DNA of 64,000 nucleotides from Tetramitus jugosus. Lineage: Eukaryota; Protista; Heterolobosea. The notes beneath the pieces are model-generated. The model was given only the letters and a program-made list of their open reading frames with translations, did no database searches and was not told where the DNA came from. Below, one piece after another: positions 10,994 through 25,900 of the stretch. Location of the stretch: assembly GCA_937625935.1 (NCBI GenBank), contig OW569365.1, forward strand, positions 186,001 through 250,000. The letters run 5' to 3'. Position 1 is the first letter of the stretch; each line of letters opens with the position of its first letter. The translations under genes were made by a program, and so were the position numbers.

Positions 10994-13900
10994 TCATCCA
11001 GGAAAATGATTCATCGGCTGTGAGTCACTGTCTGCAGAGCTTTGTAAATTCACGTAAGACATGTCTGTTGAGTCTGATAGATCTCTTACGTGGTTGTTGG
11101 CACCAAATCTTCGCAAGGATATGATAGACTTCAACTTGTTCTCGTCTTCATTTTTCACCTTGTGCATCTTTCGAGCAAAGATGGCAAATTGGTCATCCTC
11201 TAGAGACGAAACATTCTTATCAAGAGCAAATTCGAACTTCCAAGCATCCAATTTGGAATGATTTCCCTTCTTCTTCCTCAGCGTGAGCACTTGCCAAAAT
11301 ACAAAGAGAATCATTGGTATAATTGCTGCAATGAACATCAAGAAGAACAAGCTAGCAGCAACCGAGGATATTGCCACAACTACATTCTTGGAATACTGTT
11401 GGATATGTTCAGGCTTGGGTGTTGTGGTGGGTGGCAAATGTTTAGGAATTTTAGTCATATTGCAAATAGAATATTGACATGCAATCCAAATTCGATCAAT
11501 TAGCATTGAAGTATTGGTTGACAAGGAGTTAGATTGCTTTCGATTCATAATATGAGATGGTATACTTTGAGCAATGCCCAAATGACCCACAGACAACATT
11601 TGTTTGAATGTATCAACCTGATTCTTCTCCGTTGCGAGTGAAACCGAGCAAATATGGGAGTAACCTTGCTTCAAATTGACATCAATTCTCCATGGCTCAT
11701 CGGGGATTGGATTAGAGGTATTAGTAGTGATATTTTGTCCAGCGAGCCATTCATTAAACAAGGTCTCATTCGTATTGAGCATCTCAATCTCAGGCCTCAC
11801 CAACGCGAGGGTGATTATATGCGATACTCCTAGTTTGAACCCAGTACACTCTTTTGATTCTGAATGAAATGTTCGGTCTCCCAATTGATAAGATATAGAG
11901 AGAGTTTGAGTACCCGCAGTGTTTACGCCAATACTTGAAAGGACAGAGAAGGATGAATCATTTGCTGATATGTGCCACAATTCCAATAAGTTGCCGACAT
12001 GTTTGGTTTCAATAATAAATTCGACCATAATTTGTTGATCGTTGGTGTTAACGAGAGGAGCTTTGGATGTTATCTTGCCTCTTGTTTGAGAATCGGACAG
12101 GTGTGAGGTGATTCTCGACAAAGATCTACTATAAACTCTGTCAAATGGGGTCCAATCAACAACGCTCTCCTTTGGAATTTCAAAAACATCAGTGAGCGTA
12201 TTATTGTCAAATGAGTCATAGAATGCTACAGATTCAGTTTCAAGGTAGTAAAAGAATGCAGGTGTGTAACCTGACGAGAATTTCCTGTCTAACATAGTTA
12301 CAGTCACTTGAACTCTCTCGTTGTTTGCCCCTTCAAAGCGAGGAACTTTACACTCAATAGAGCGTTGATGTTTGCGGTATGACGATTCGTCTACCAGCAT
12401 CTCTCCTCCATTTACTTTCTTCCAAACAAAGTTGCAGGAAATATTTCTATCGATTGCAAACCACGGACCGTGGATGGATATTATATCGCCATAGTAGGCC
12501 GTAGTTGCACTCAATCTTACAATCTCAGGCTTGAAGTAGACAAGAGATATGGATTGTTGAGGAACTACGGTAGAATTTGAGACGGAGTGCAGTACAATTT
12601 CAGTAAACTCCACACTTCCAACATCAGTGGGCCATGTAAAGTCGGGTTTGAAGCATGCGTCACCTGAGAGACCAAGAGTACTACAATTCACTAGTTGTGC
12701 TGTAGCAGTCACATTTGAGATTGGATCAGTCAGCGTGATCTTTGATTGACCATCGAGCATTAAATACTCACCTTCCAATGTAATCCATGTGGTATTCAGG
12801 GAATCTCCTGGAACTCCAGAGGGAGAAAGTTGCTTAGCTAGAGGTGTCCAGTGACCAATGATCGAAAATGATTTGTCGATAAGATCTTGAGGATAACCTA
12901 GAGGATAAAAGTCCACTGTTTTGTTCTTTTGCATAAACATCAGGAGCCGGTTTGTAGTATCTTGGAGATAGATATGGGAGCGGGTCTCATATTTTACATG
13001 AGCAAAGAATCCACCAAATAAATCACTTACTAGCGTTAATTGATCGCCATTCACCTTTGATAGATAGGTTCTTCTCATAACATGGACTGCACCGTCGACA
13101 AATATAATGCCTTGCACTTCTTCCACCGCGGGGAAAGTCTTAAAAGTTATCAGTTCAGAGAAAGTTCCAGATGATGTGACCTTCAAGATCACCACTTTGT
13201 TGGTGGGCTTACGTGCCAGTATATAAACATCACCACTGATCCAATCGATTGTGGCGAATCGATTGCTGTTTGTTTCGATGAGTGGATAGTAGTTGTTTGT
13301 GGAATAAACCTTGTCTGCATTAGAATTTGCCCAGTCCAGGCAATGAATCTTAATATCATCCACCAAGGAGACAATGACGAGAGATTCGTCCTCCACAAAA
13401 ACTGCAGCTTCATTCAGATTTTTGATCTTTTCTTTGGGTGCAACTCTCAGGAGAGTTAGTGATTGCGAACTCACAGAGTAGAGACCATCTTCCCTCAACA
13501 AGTAAAATAGTTTTGAGATTGTGTTGTAGAAGACGTTGGATGAATTCATAGTTGTGAAACTGTACATAGACTTTCCACAGTTAATATCAACAAGTGAGAT
13601 GTTTTGGGATGAACTTTGAGGAAGTGAAACGAGTAAAAATTCACCACTTGACTCACATTGACTCTTGACAATTTCACACTCGACTCCAGAGAACCGAGCA
13701 TCACACAAGCACCTATCAGGAGCGATGCAGCTGCCTTTCCCACTACAAACGTTGGTATCATTGGATAAAAATCCATGACAAACAGGAATATTACATTCAT
13801 CAGCGACATAACCATGATAGCAGCTACAATGATCTGGTGTCACGCATGAGCCATGACTAGAGCATACAAAGGAGTCGTTGGAGAATTGTCCATAACATCG

Positions 13901-16900
13901 CACGACTCGACACATGTCGCCCACATAACCAAATGGACACACTTCGCACTGAATGCCTGAAGTTCCATTCTTGCAAGCGCACGTGTCAGGTGCTTTACAG
14001 TCTCCAAAATAACTACAAACGCTCTCGTTAGTACCACTAATACCGAAACAGATAGGAGTTTGGCATTCATATCCAGTGTATTCCGGTGAACATCTACATT
14101 CATCGGGCATAGCGCATTGTCCATGACCAGAGCAGACATTTTGATCTGTGCCTTTCAGACCGAAGCACATATTGACTTCGCATTCATCCCCAACTCGACC
14201 CGTACGACAAGTGCAATTGTTAGGAGATGAACAAGTTCCATTCGATGAACAAACTCGGGGGTCAGTGGATGAATACCCATAACAGATAGGAATATCACAT
14301 TTCTTTCCAGTGTATCCCTTCTCTGGAAGACAAACACATGTATCAGGCGAAACACAATGTCCATTTCCACTACAAACGAGGGAATCAGTCTCATTCCTTG
14401 AATAGCAAACATTGAGTTGGCATTGATCACCTGTTCGACCAACAATGCATTGACATTTGTCAACCCCAATACAGGTTCCATTCGCTGAGCATACAGATGC
14501 ATCAGTTTCATTGGTTCCATAACACATTGATAACTGACACTCCAAACCTGTACGTCCAAATGTTCGACTACAGTTGCATGAATCAGCATATATACATGAA
14601 CCCACTCCAGAGCAAGTATCCCTATGATCGTAAGGAATTCCAAAACATATTGGTTCCGAACAATCAGCTCCTTTCCATCCATACGTACAATTACACTTGT
14701 CTACAGAATAACAATCGCCATGGCCACTACAAACCATTGAATCAGTTTCGTTTCTGGAGAAGCACACATTAAATTCGCATTTTGTACCTGTTCGACCGAA
14801 GCCACATTGACAAGTATCTGTGTAGATACATGAACCTCGACCAGAACAAACATCAAGATTAGTAGCCGTAATTCCGAAGCATATTGGAATATTACAGTCA
14901 AATCCAGTCCACTCATTCATAGAACAGTTGCACTTGTGTGGTGCAACACATTGTCCGTGATGATGGCAAGCAAGTTTATCTGTTTCATTGAACCCAAAAC
15001 AGTTGTTCAATTCGCAATTGAGACCCACACGTCCTTCACTACATAGACACACATTCGGTTCATAGCAGAATCCATATCTGGAACAAACAGATGAATTTGT
15101 GCCCCATACACCATAACATCGAGGGATGCTACAATCTCTGCTGACCCACCCATCCGTACAGTTACATTTGTCGGGCTTATAACAAGATCCATGAGTTGAA
15201 CACACTTCCGGATCGGTAGTGTTGACGCCAAAACAACTTGGATAGAAGCAATCCAGACCATAGTAACCATAATGGCATTCACATGTGTCTGGAGCGACAC
15301 ATTCTCCATGATTGGAGCAAACATTTAAGGTGTCGTTTGAGAGTTTTCCATAACAAATGGGATATTGACATTCGTTTCCGGTGTAGCCATCATCACAAAC
15401 GCAATTCTGAGGCGAGCTACATACACCATGCGTTGAGCATACAGAGTGATCCACATCTAGTTTTCCATAGCAATCAATGTATTGACATTCAGTTCCCTTA
15501 TAACCTGTCAGACATTCACATTTATCTGGTTGCGTACAATTTCCCCTTCCATGACACACTTGGGTGTAGTTGTATTCCAAAATTCCATAACATACATTCT
15601 GTTCACACTCCAAACCACCATATCCACGCAGACAAACACAAAGATCAGAGTTAATACAGTTTCCTTGATTCAGTTGAGAATTACAGGCTGGGGGAACAGT
15701 CGTCAAGTTTTTGCCATAGCAAGTCAATGGGACGCAGTTGCCTTGTAAATCCAACTTGGTCAAACATGTACAATTATTTGGGGCAATACACGTTCCATTT
15801 TTGCCGTAATTGCAAGAGGCAGGATTAGTTGCATTCAATCCAAAGCAAATTGGAGTGCTGCAGTAAGCATCCGTAAATCCAGAGTTGCACTGACACTTGC
15901 CGGGTGCAGTGCATTTTCCATGCGCAGAGCAGTCCTTTGCTGTGGACAGAATGAGGTCAGTTGATGTCTCAGGCGCTTGATAAATAGTTTCAATACCAGT
16001 AATCCTATCAAAATATCTGCTCCTGCAAATAGGATAGCTACAGTTGCCACCTGTATAGCCAGGAACAGGAAGTGTATAACACATACAAACATCTGGTGAG
16101 TAGCACATTCCCTGCCCACTACAGACTAATGGATCGTTTGTGTTTCTTCCATGACATATTGTGTATTGACATCGATCTCCATTGTAGCCATGTGTGCAAT
16201 TACATAATCCAGGGCCAATACATTGTCCTTTGGATGAACATGCCTGTGGATCATTAGAGAGGAAGCCGAAACAATTAATGTATTGACATCTATCACCAGA
16301 CCACTTGTTGAGATCGCAGATGCAAGTATTTAAATACCTACACTCACCTCTACCCGTACAAACATTTGCAACATCAGTCATATTGTAACCAAAGCAAGAT
16401 GTAAATTCACAATTAGTTCCAGAGAAGCCTGGTTTGCAAACACAAGTGTCCCAGTCAGTACATGTACCATTACCAGAACAAACATCAGGATCATCCTGAA
16501 GTATGGAAAAGCAAGTAGTTCCGTTGTAGAGGATCATTGAATGTGTCACTCCAGGAGCCATGTATTCTGTCTTCCTCTGGGTGAACTGTGAGCCAACAAG
16601 TTCGGGAAGATTCTTGTTTGTAGTTGAACCTAATCCCAATTGACCATCAGAGTTAATTCCCCAAGCAAACAACATACCGGAATCAGTGAGAGCAAATGTA
16701 GAACCGCCACCAGAGCTGATTCTGACAACATTATAATTGGTCAGTGATTCCACTCTCGTAGGATAGCACTTGTCAGTCGTTGAATTTAATCCCAACTGAC
16801 CTTTGTCATTTGCTCCCCAGCACCACACTTGATTCTTGAGAGTGAGAGCACAACTAAAGAATTCTCCACCTGATACTTGCTGGACTATTTCCGTTCCCAA

Positions 16901-19900
16901 CCCTTTCACAGGAATTGGAACAGAGGAGAGAGATGTAGGACTACCCTGTCCCAGTTGACATCGTGAGTCATCTCCCCAGCTGTACAAAACACCATCGACC
17001 GTTGTTGCTAGTGAATGTGATGCACCAGCAAATAAGGTGGATGCCTTCTTAATTCCAAATATACTGAGCACACGAATGGGCAAGAGTTTAGATTTGAGCG
17101 TGTCAAGTGTTCCATCTCCGAGTTGTCCATTTGAATTACTGCCCCAAGAGTAAAGTTCTCCACTGACACTGAGAGCTAGACAATGGGCCATGCCACAGGA
17201 AGCAAAGGATACTTTGTTCGGAAGAAGGGAGCCTATGACCTTTGGGAGTCCAAATTGAGTATTATCAGTTCCTAAACCTAACTGTCCTTGTTGGTTGCTT
17301 CCCCATGCGTAAAGCGTGCCATTCGGAGTTGTGACCACAACCGAGGAGTAGCCAACAGCAATGCTCGACACAGCCAATCCTTGCTTTGTAAACGTGGTTA
17401 AAATAGGGGTCGAGTTGCTCGTAAAAGTTCCATCTCCTAATTGCCCTAGCGTGTTTGTTCCAACTGAATATAATTTACCATCAACAGTCAGTGCGATGGA
17501 GAATGCACGACCGGCACTGACGTGTCGAATTGGAATTCTATTGAGTGATGCCCTTGCTTTTATGATTACATTTGTGTTGATCACTCGCCCGTCGCCCAGC
17601 TGCCCGCTTGATCCATCACCCATACTGAATAGATAACCAAATCTTGTTTCATTGCAATTCGTTCCCCTGTAATTTGGCTGACACACACAAGTGTTGTTCG
17701 GAATACACACTCCATTGCCAGAGCAAACTAGAGGATCTGTGTTTCTTAATCCATTACAATAATTCACGCTACAGTCTTTATCTGAGAATTGTTCGGTACA
17801 AGCGCACACATCATCACTCACACAGCGACCTCTACCCGAACAAACATTCTCATCATCTGCTAAAAAGCCAAAACAGGATGTACCATTGTACAAGAAGACG
17901 GTATGTTCAGAGGAAGGAGCGATATGAGTAATGTATCGAATCGAATAATGGTTCGCTACTGGAACGGGACTGGCAGTTGAAAGATAACTACCATCCCCTA
18001 TTTGACCTTGAGTATTGTATCCCCACGAGTAAGCTGATCCATTCAATTTCAATGCAAATGCATAATTTCTACCAGCAAATACTGAGCCAGTGCCCATTAT
18101 TCTTGCATCTGAAATTGGGATCGGGGATCTTATTCCCTGGATGCCTGTGATATTGCAACCGAGTTGCCCCTGAGATGTTCCACCCCATGCGAACACTGAT
18201 CCATCAGAAAAGACAGCATAGGAAGATTCCTCTGATCCTTCTATATACACACTTGTTCTTCCTTTGAAATCAGAGCTCAATACTGGTGTTGGCGAGTAGC
18301 GGTCAAAGCCCTTACTGTCTCCCAGTTGACCGAATGAATTTGAACCCCAAATGTAAATGACACCAAAAGGCCCAATACCCATCATGTGATTCCAGCCTGA
18401 TGCGATTCGAAGGATAGGAATATGGTCAATGACTCCTACACCAACTTGCACCGGAACCAAGGATGGCCAATTATCACCATTACCCAATTGACCTTGCGAG
18501 TTCAGTCCCCAGGCATAGATTGTTCCGTCGTCAATTAGAACTGCTGTGTGAGCTTCTCCACACACCGCCTGGACTACCTTTTTGCCGCTGATGCCTGTGG
18601 TGATCAGTGTTGGTGTGAGCTTGTCTGTTAATGAGACATCTCCATTACCGAGCTGACCTCGGTAATTTGTTCCCCAAGAATAAACTCGTCCATCAGAGTC
18701 AACGACCACGGTATGCGCACGACCAGCACATCCTGTGACAACGTGTATTGTATCAAGACCGACAGGAGCTGTAGGATTCAATTTTGTCGTAGTAGTACTA
18801 TCACCGAGTTGACCTTTGTCATTCACTCCCCAACCATACACGCGTCCAAAAGCTGTGATTGCAATTGAAAAGTCTTGACCTGAAGTAACATGAGACACAA
18901 CCTGACCAAACAAGTCTCCAGTGACTGGAACAGGTAATATTTGCGAGAAAGTGTAACCATTACCCAATTGACCAGATGAGCCTTTTCCTAACACAAAAAC
19001 ATATCCATTTACAGCTTGACTACAATCTTCGCCAATGTATCCTGGGCGACACACGCAAGAATCTGCTGCTAAACAAGCTCCTCGACCAGAGCAGGTTCGA
19101 GTATCGTTTGGATAATAGCCAAAGCAGTGGAATGTACTACAGTCAGGTGCATTGTATTTTGGATCACAACTGCAGTAATCTTGAGCGGTACAGTTGCCTT
19201 TGGTGGAACAAACTGTTGGATCATCTGCAAACTTAGAAAAACAAGTCTTGCCATTAAAGAGATAAAAGGAAAAATTATCACCAGCCACGGCTGCTGTGGG
19301 ATAAATGGTTGGAAATTGTTTCTGTACTTGCACCAACCACGGTGTTTTTGTTATATTGTAATCATTATTTCCTAACTGACCAAACGTATTGTCGCCCCAA
19401 GAGAAAGCAGTCTGATTATCAGCAATGGCATGGGCAAATGAACCTCCTGCGCTAATCGTGAGAATTTGCACATTGGAGGGTAAAATGGTAACTTCAGTTG
19501 GTACTTGTTTGTCCACTATGGTACCATCTCCCAGTTGGCCTGCATTATTGGCTCCCCAAGAGTAAACCTTTCCATCAGATGCAATGGCCATCGAGAACGA
19601 CTCACCTGCTGTAATTTGGGAAACAGGTTTGCCATACAATAATCCAGGAACTTGTACTGGTAAAAACTTGTTCGTTTTTGTGCTATCTCCCAATTGGCCC
19701 TTGTCGTTCTTTCCCCATGAATAGACTGTTCCATCAGAACCCAGCGCCATCGAATGATACTTTCCTGCCATTATCTGCACAATTCTCTTATTATTCAAAA
19801 GTGCAGCAACTTTGATTGGCGTATATTTTAGTAAAAATGAATTGTCTCCCAATTCACCATCAAGATTGAAGCCCCAAGTATAGACAGATCCATTCAAAGT

Positions 19901-22900
19901 AAGTGCCATACTGTGGTATCCTCCACATGCTATAGCCACAATCTCTTCCGCCATCAACTCACCGGTAACAGGTGTTGGTGTCAACTGATACTGGTTGGGA
20001 GAATTGATACCTATTTGACCATATTGGTTGGAACCCCACGCAAACACGGTGCCATTTGCTTCCAAAGCCATTGCATGCGATACTCCACCACACAGTCCGA
20101 TGATTTTGGATTCTGCGAGAATATGTTGTTGAAGTCCATTTGAGAATGTAGTGTTATCACCAAGTTGGCCACCAGTGTTTAACCCCCACGTGTATACTTG
20201 TCCATCAAGGGTTTTCACAAGCGAGTATTGATACGCCGGAACTATCAAATTAATTTTTCTCGTTGCAAACATGCTTGCTCTTTCGACGGTTGGTCGAAAA
20301 CCAATTCCTCGACTACCTAACTGAGAATAAGAATCTTGACCTGATGAATACAAATAACCAAGGAAGGCCACTTCACATTTTCTTCCAGAGTATCCCTGGA
20401 AGCAGACGCATGTATCCAACGAAACACATCTTCCTCCACCAGAACATACATTGGGATCTGTTGCGTTTACATCAAAACATTGGGCAACACTACAGTCTCT
20501 GCCTCCATAACTCGGTGGACACTCACAATGATCCACATCTGTACAATTTCCTCTCCAGGAACAAACTGTTGGGTCATCAAAAACGATGCCAAAACAAGAA
20601 ATACCAGAGAAGAGGAACAGAGAATGAGTGGAACCTGTCGAAACACTAGTAATGTATCTCTGGGGTTTCGTATTACCAACAGCAGATGAGTAATTACGAC
20701 TGGTGAAAGTGTAATCTCCAAGTTGACCTCCTGTATTTTGTCCCCAGCCATATGCTGTTCCATTAGATGCCAGTGCGATCGCAAAATTTGAATTCTTTCC
20801 TACAGATATCGAAGTAATTGGATATTCTCCTTGGAAAGGAACGATAGCTGGAATATTACGCGATAAACCGATTGAATTGTCTCCTAATTGACGATTAGGA
20901 GTGTTGGATCCCCATGAATAAAGAGTACCGTTCAGTAAGAGCGCATACGAGCTTTCAATGCCAGCTGCAATTGCCATGACCGGTTCATGTCCGAATAGGC
21001 CGCCAGATCGAACCTCAAAAGGTAAACTTCTGCTATAGTTTGCACCTGATTTTCCATCACCCAACTGCCCCATATTGTTTCTTCCCCACGTGTAAACCGT
21101 TCCATCTTCATTGAGCGCCAGCGAGTGGTATTGACCAGCTGCGACTGAAGTGATCCTTTTAATGTTCAACAAACCTTGAATTTGTTGTGGAACCATGCTG
21201 ATACCACCGCTAATTCCTCTTCCCAATTCTCCATACGTGTTCCTTCCCCAAGAGAACACTCTTCCACTGGATGATAGAGCAAGCGAGTGAGCTTGACCGC
21301 AAGCAATATCAATAACCTTTTCAGATCCGAAATATTGAGTGATATTGGCAGGAATGAGTGATTGCAGAGTATTTCCTGTTCCCAACTGGCCAAATGTATT
21401 TAGACCCCATGAATAGACATTGCTGTTCGAATCAATTGCCAATGTATATCCAGAACAGGCAACAAGTCGAATGATAGGCCGTTCTGGTAGTATCTGAACT
21501 GGGAAATATCGAGTAAAAGTAGTATTGTCGCCAAGTTGACCATAATCATTATTGCCAAAGGCGAAGATACCCTCACTAAGACTCACAGCATAAGAACTGC
21601 CTTCACCAGCGGCTATATAATTGATTGTTGTGAGTGCCAACAAACTTGCTTGTCGAGGATAGTTTTGTGAAACAAAGAATCCATCTCCCAACTGAGAGCT
21701 TGAATCATCCCCAGAAGCATAAAGGAATTGTCTGTCTTTTCCGTTACACATCAGACCAAAGTGGCCAGAATCACAAACGCAAGTATCGGCGAATAGACAC
21801 CTTCCATTGCCTGAGCAAACGAGAGGATTATCAGATGTAAGTCCATAACATTTTGCTATTGAACAATTGGAACCACTGTAACCGAAATCACAGACACAAA
21901 AGTTGTCTTCCACACAAATTCCTCGATATGAGCACACTTTTGGATCATCAGCTAGCACTCCATCACAATATGTACCATTATAAATCAATAGTGAGTGTCT
22001 ATTGCCAGTACCAAACGACACAATAAAACTGACTTGTTGATCGATACGATTCGTATTAAGAGGATATCTAATGATGGGTGTGCTAACATTCAATCCAAGA
22101 TTTTGCTGTGAATTGCTTCCCCAAGAATAACTGACTCCACTACGAGTGGTCACCTGAACAGAAGAACTCCACAAGTTGGCAGACACCAAAGAAACATTTG
22201 TCAAATCATTAATGGTAACAGGGAAGGCTGAAGTCGCAGCAGTTGAATTAATTCCTAGTTGGCCATAACTATTGTCACCCCATGAAATGACTTGTTCATC
22301 CTCAGTAATTGCATATGCGGTTTGGCTTGCTGCTGAAATTTGAGTGGCTGAACGGTTATTAAACAGCCCCTGGATGAGCATAGGAAAGGGAGCGTTGATG
22401 GGGTTCAATGTCCCATCCGCGATTGTTCCCCGCAAGTTTTCTCCCCAGACATACACCTTTCCACGATCTGTTAGCACCATGGAGAACCTGTCTCCAGCAT
22501 CAATTGAGATGACTCTCTTGTTACCCAGTATCTCTCCACTCGAAGTATCAGCATGTAGGAGAACTGGTGATTGAACATACGTTCCATATATTGCTGGAGA
22601 TCCCAACTGTGAATTGGTGTTTTGACCCCATCCATAAATGTATCCATTAGAGGTTAAAGCAAGAGTGTGTTGTGCGCCACAAGCAAGTTCAACAATAGCT
22701 CCGGAATAGCTATTAACTGGTGGATTCACCATGATCGGCGAGTTGCTCCAATAGTATTGACTATTACCTAGAATGCCAGACTTTGCAGGACATCCACTCG
22801 GACAAGGACAAGTCGTATTCTGCACTGGATAAGTGTAGGTTGTACCAGCAGAAGTGAAAGTACAGGAAAGTTGTTGCGACACTGTATTAATACCCCAAGT

Positions 22901-25900
22901 GTAGATAGTATTGTTGTTATCAACAACAGCTACGTGATATGTGCTTACACACATGTGAACAATATTTGTCATAATCATCGCAGGACGATTTCTGATAGCA
23001 AATGTTCCATCTCCGAGTAAACCAACTGAAGCATTAGCGTATACCCATTGAGTGCTCTGTCCCCATGAATATAGCTCACCTTCAGTTGTGAGAGCAAACG
23101 AAATATCGATCCCAGATGATACGTGTTTCACCGACTTCCAATATGTCAATGGATATGCTGGTTGCACTGCTGTCAATTTGTTGTCATAATAATCATCACC
23201 CAATTGACCTTTTGTGTTATCACCGAGAGTATAAAGAAGTCCGAATATGGGTTTCTCACATTGCAAACCAGAATAGTATTTGCGGCAAGCACAACTGTCG
23301 AGAGCAACGCACGATCCGCGACCAGAGCACACATTAACATCAGATTGGTTCAATCCGAAACACATGTTGGTGCTACAATCTGGACCAAAGTAGCCATCAT
23401 CACAAACACACTTATTCTCGGCTACACAAGTACCTCTCGTTGAACAAACATTTTCATCATCAGATAAAATTCCAAAACAAAATGTTCCATTCAAGAGGAA
23501 CATCGAATGAGAGGTTGATGCTGCGACAGCAACATAAAAGCTTGAATTGTACTGATTAATGACGGGAACAGGCGTCGCTCGTGTTACACTGGTACCATCT
23601 CCAATCTTAGAATAAGAATTATCTCCAAAACCGAAAGCTAAACCGTTTGTGGTTGTAACTAAAGCATATTTGCTCCACGTACCTGCTGATATTGTGGCAA
23701 CATTGCTAACACCAGACACTACTGTCGGGATATATTGATTGATTGTAGAATTAATTCCCAATTGACCAACATCATTCTCACCCCATGAGAGCAATGTACC
23801 ATCGAATGTGATTGCGTAGGAGCACCTTGCTCCAGCATTGATTTGTACAACACTGTTTCTGAACAGCAAACCCATGACTTGTCTTGGATGACGATTTGCA
23901 ATTATGGTTGAGTCTCCAAGTTGACCTTTGCTATTGTCTCCCCAAGTGTAAACTTCACCTTTGCTTCCAAGTGCCATACTGTGGTATTGACCAGCAGCAA
24001 TTGCCACAATCTGAACTTCAATAAGCAATCCTTTTATGGGACTGCTTGCTCCAACTCGCACTGGAGTTGTTTCATATCTGCCTAACCCATAGCCAACTGC
24101 TCCATTGGTGGAATCATCTCCAAAACCAAATACTGCTCCCTCCTTTGTCAAAACGATCGTGTGTGACTGACCACAGGCAACAGATATAGGTGTGCCAGAT
24201 ATTCCAGAAACGACAGATGGAGTGTACGAGTATTTTGTGGCTCCAATGCCCATCTGACCTGCCACGATTCCAGTAGTGGTTCCATCGATCGTGTTCACTC
24301 CCCAAGAAAAAACTTCTCCAGTGCTCGAAACAGCAACACTGTGGTATGAGCCACTACAAACACTAATGATTTGTTTTGATAAGAATAGTCTAGCTGGGTA
24401 GAGTATGTCAGAGGTACCTCCTTTTCCCAACTTTCCATATATGCCATTACCCCAGGAGTATAATTCTCCAGAGGGTGTGATGGCAAAGGATGTCTCCACG
24501 CCAGAAACAATGTGTTGAACGAGTGTTCCGTCCTTCAACGGCTCATAGGTTTTCACAAAGTCAGTACTCGATGTGATGTAACCATTTCCCAACTGCCCGA
24601 AGTTATTCCTTCCAATCATTCGCAGAGATCCAAACACACTTACGTCACAATACTTTCCTGTGTAACCTGCTGTACACTGACAAATATTGTAATTCACACA
24701 AGAGCCTTTACCTGAACATGCTTGGCTATCAGTATTATTGTAGCCATTGCAAGTGGTGAATTGACAAAATTCTCCATAAAAGTAATCGGCACACTCACAT
24801 TTATCAGTGTCAGTGCAGTTTCCACGAGTCGAGCATGCCATCACATCATCGAACGGATATCCAAAGCAATACGTGGTGTTTAAAATGAGAACGCTAAAGA
24901 CATTTCCAGTTGTGGCAGCAACAATCTTTCTCGAAGGGAATGGAATATTCACTCGTGTGGGTTCTTTTTTGGACATGATCGATCCATCTATTGCCTGGGA
25001 ATTCGTATTGAGTCCCCAAGAGTATGCCTCACCGTTTGATCCGACTGCAATCACCGTGTTTGAACCTGTTCCAAGCGAAGTGATATTTACACTCGTTAAT
25101 CCTGGAACAAGCGTAGGAATGACAACATAGGGCACAGTGCTATTGATTCCCAATTGACCGTTGGAGTTATCTCCCCAGGCGTAAACCTCTCCGACTGATG
25201 TGAGCGCATAGGAAGCATAATTTCCTGCAGCTACTTGTATAATGGGCAAACTATGGATTGTTGAGAGTACTTGGACAGGATGTCTGCTATTAATCAATGT
25301 TCCGTGTCCCAACTGACCTTTGTTGTTGTAACCCCAAGTATAAATGTCTCCCTTAGAACCGAGCGCGATGCTGTGATAAGAACCTGTCGCGATTTGTATT
25401 GCTTTGAACGTTGAGAACAAGTTTCCTGTTGGTGCACTTACTCCCACTTGAGCTGGTGATACGCTGTTACTCCAATCTCCAATTCCCAATTGACCATAAC
25501 TTCCTGCGCCCCACGAATACAATTTCCCTGACGATCCAGTAGCAACTGTGTGTGCAATACCGCAACTCACTGAAACAATAGGTTCGGGCAGGGAGACCTG
25601 TTGAGGTACACTTGTGAAAAAATAGGAAGCTCCCAAGCCCAGATTGCCAATTTTGGGAGGAACGTAAGCTGCATCCGAACACGCACAGCTTGTAGATGTG
25701 CAATATCGAGTTGGGGAATCAACTAAACAAGTCATCCTACCATCTTGAGTATTGCTTCCCCAAGCGAATACATAACCAGTCGAGTTGACAGCAACACCAT
25801 GATATTGCCCAGCACAAGCGCTCGCTATGGCATGATCTGGAAGAATGAGATATGGTCTCAGAGAGGTTGTAGTAGATCCTATTCCCAAGTTATAATACGC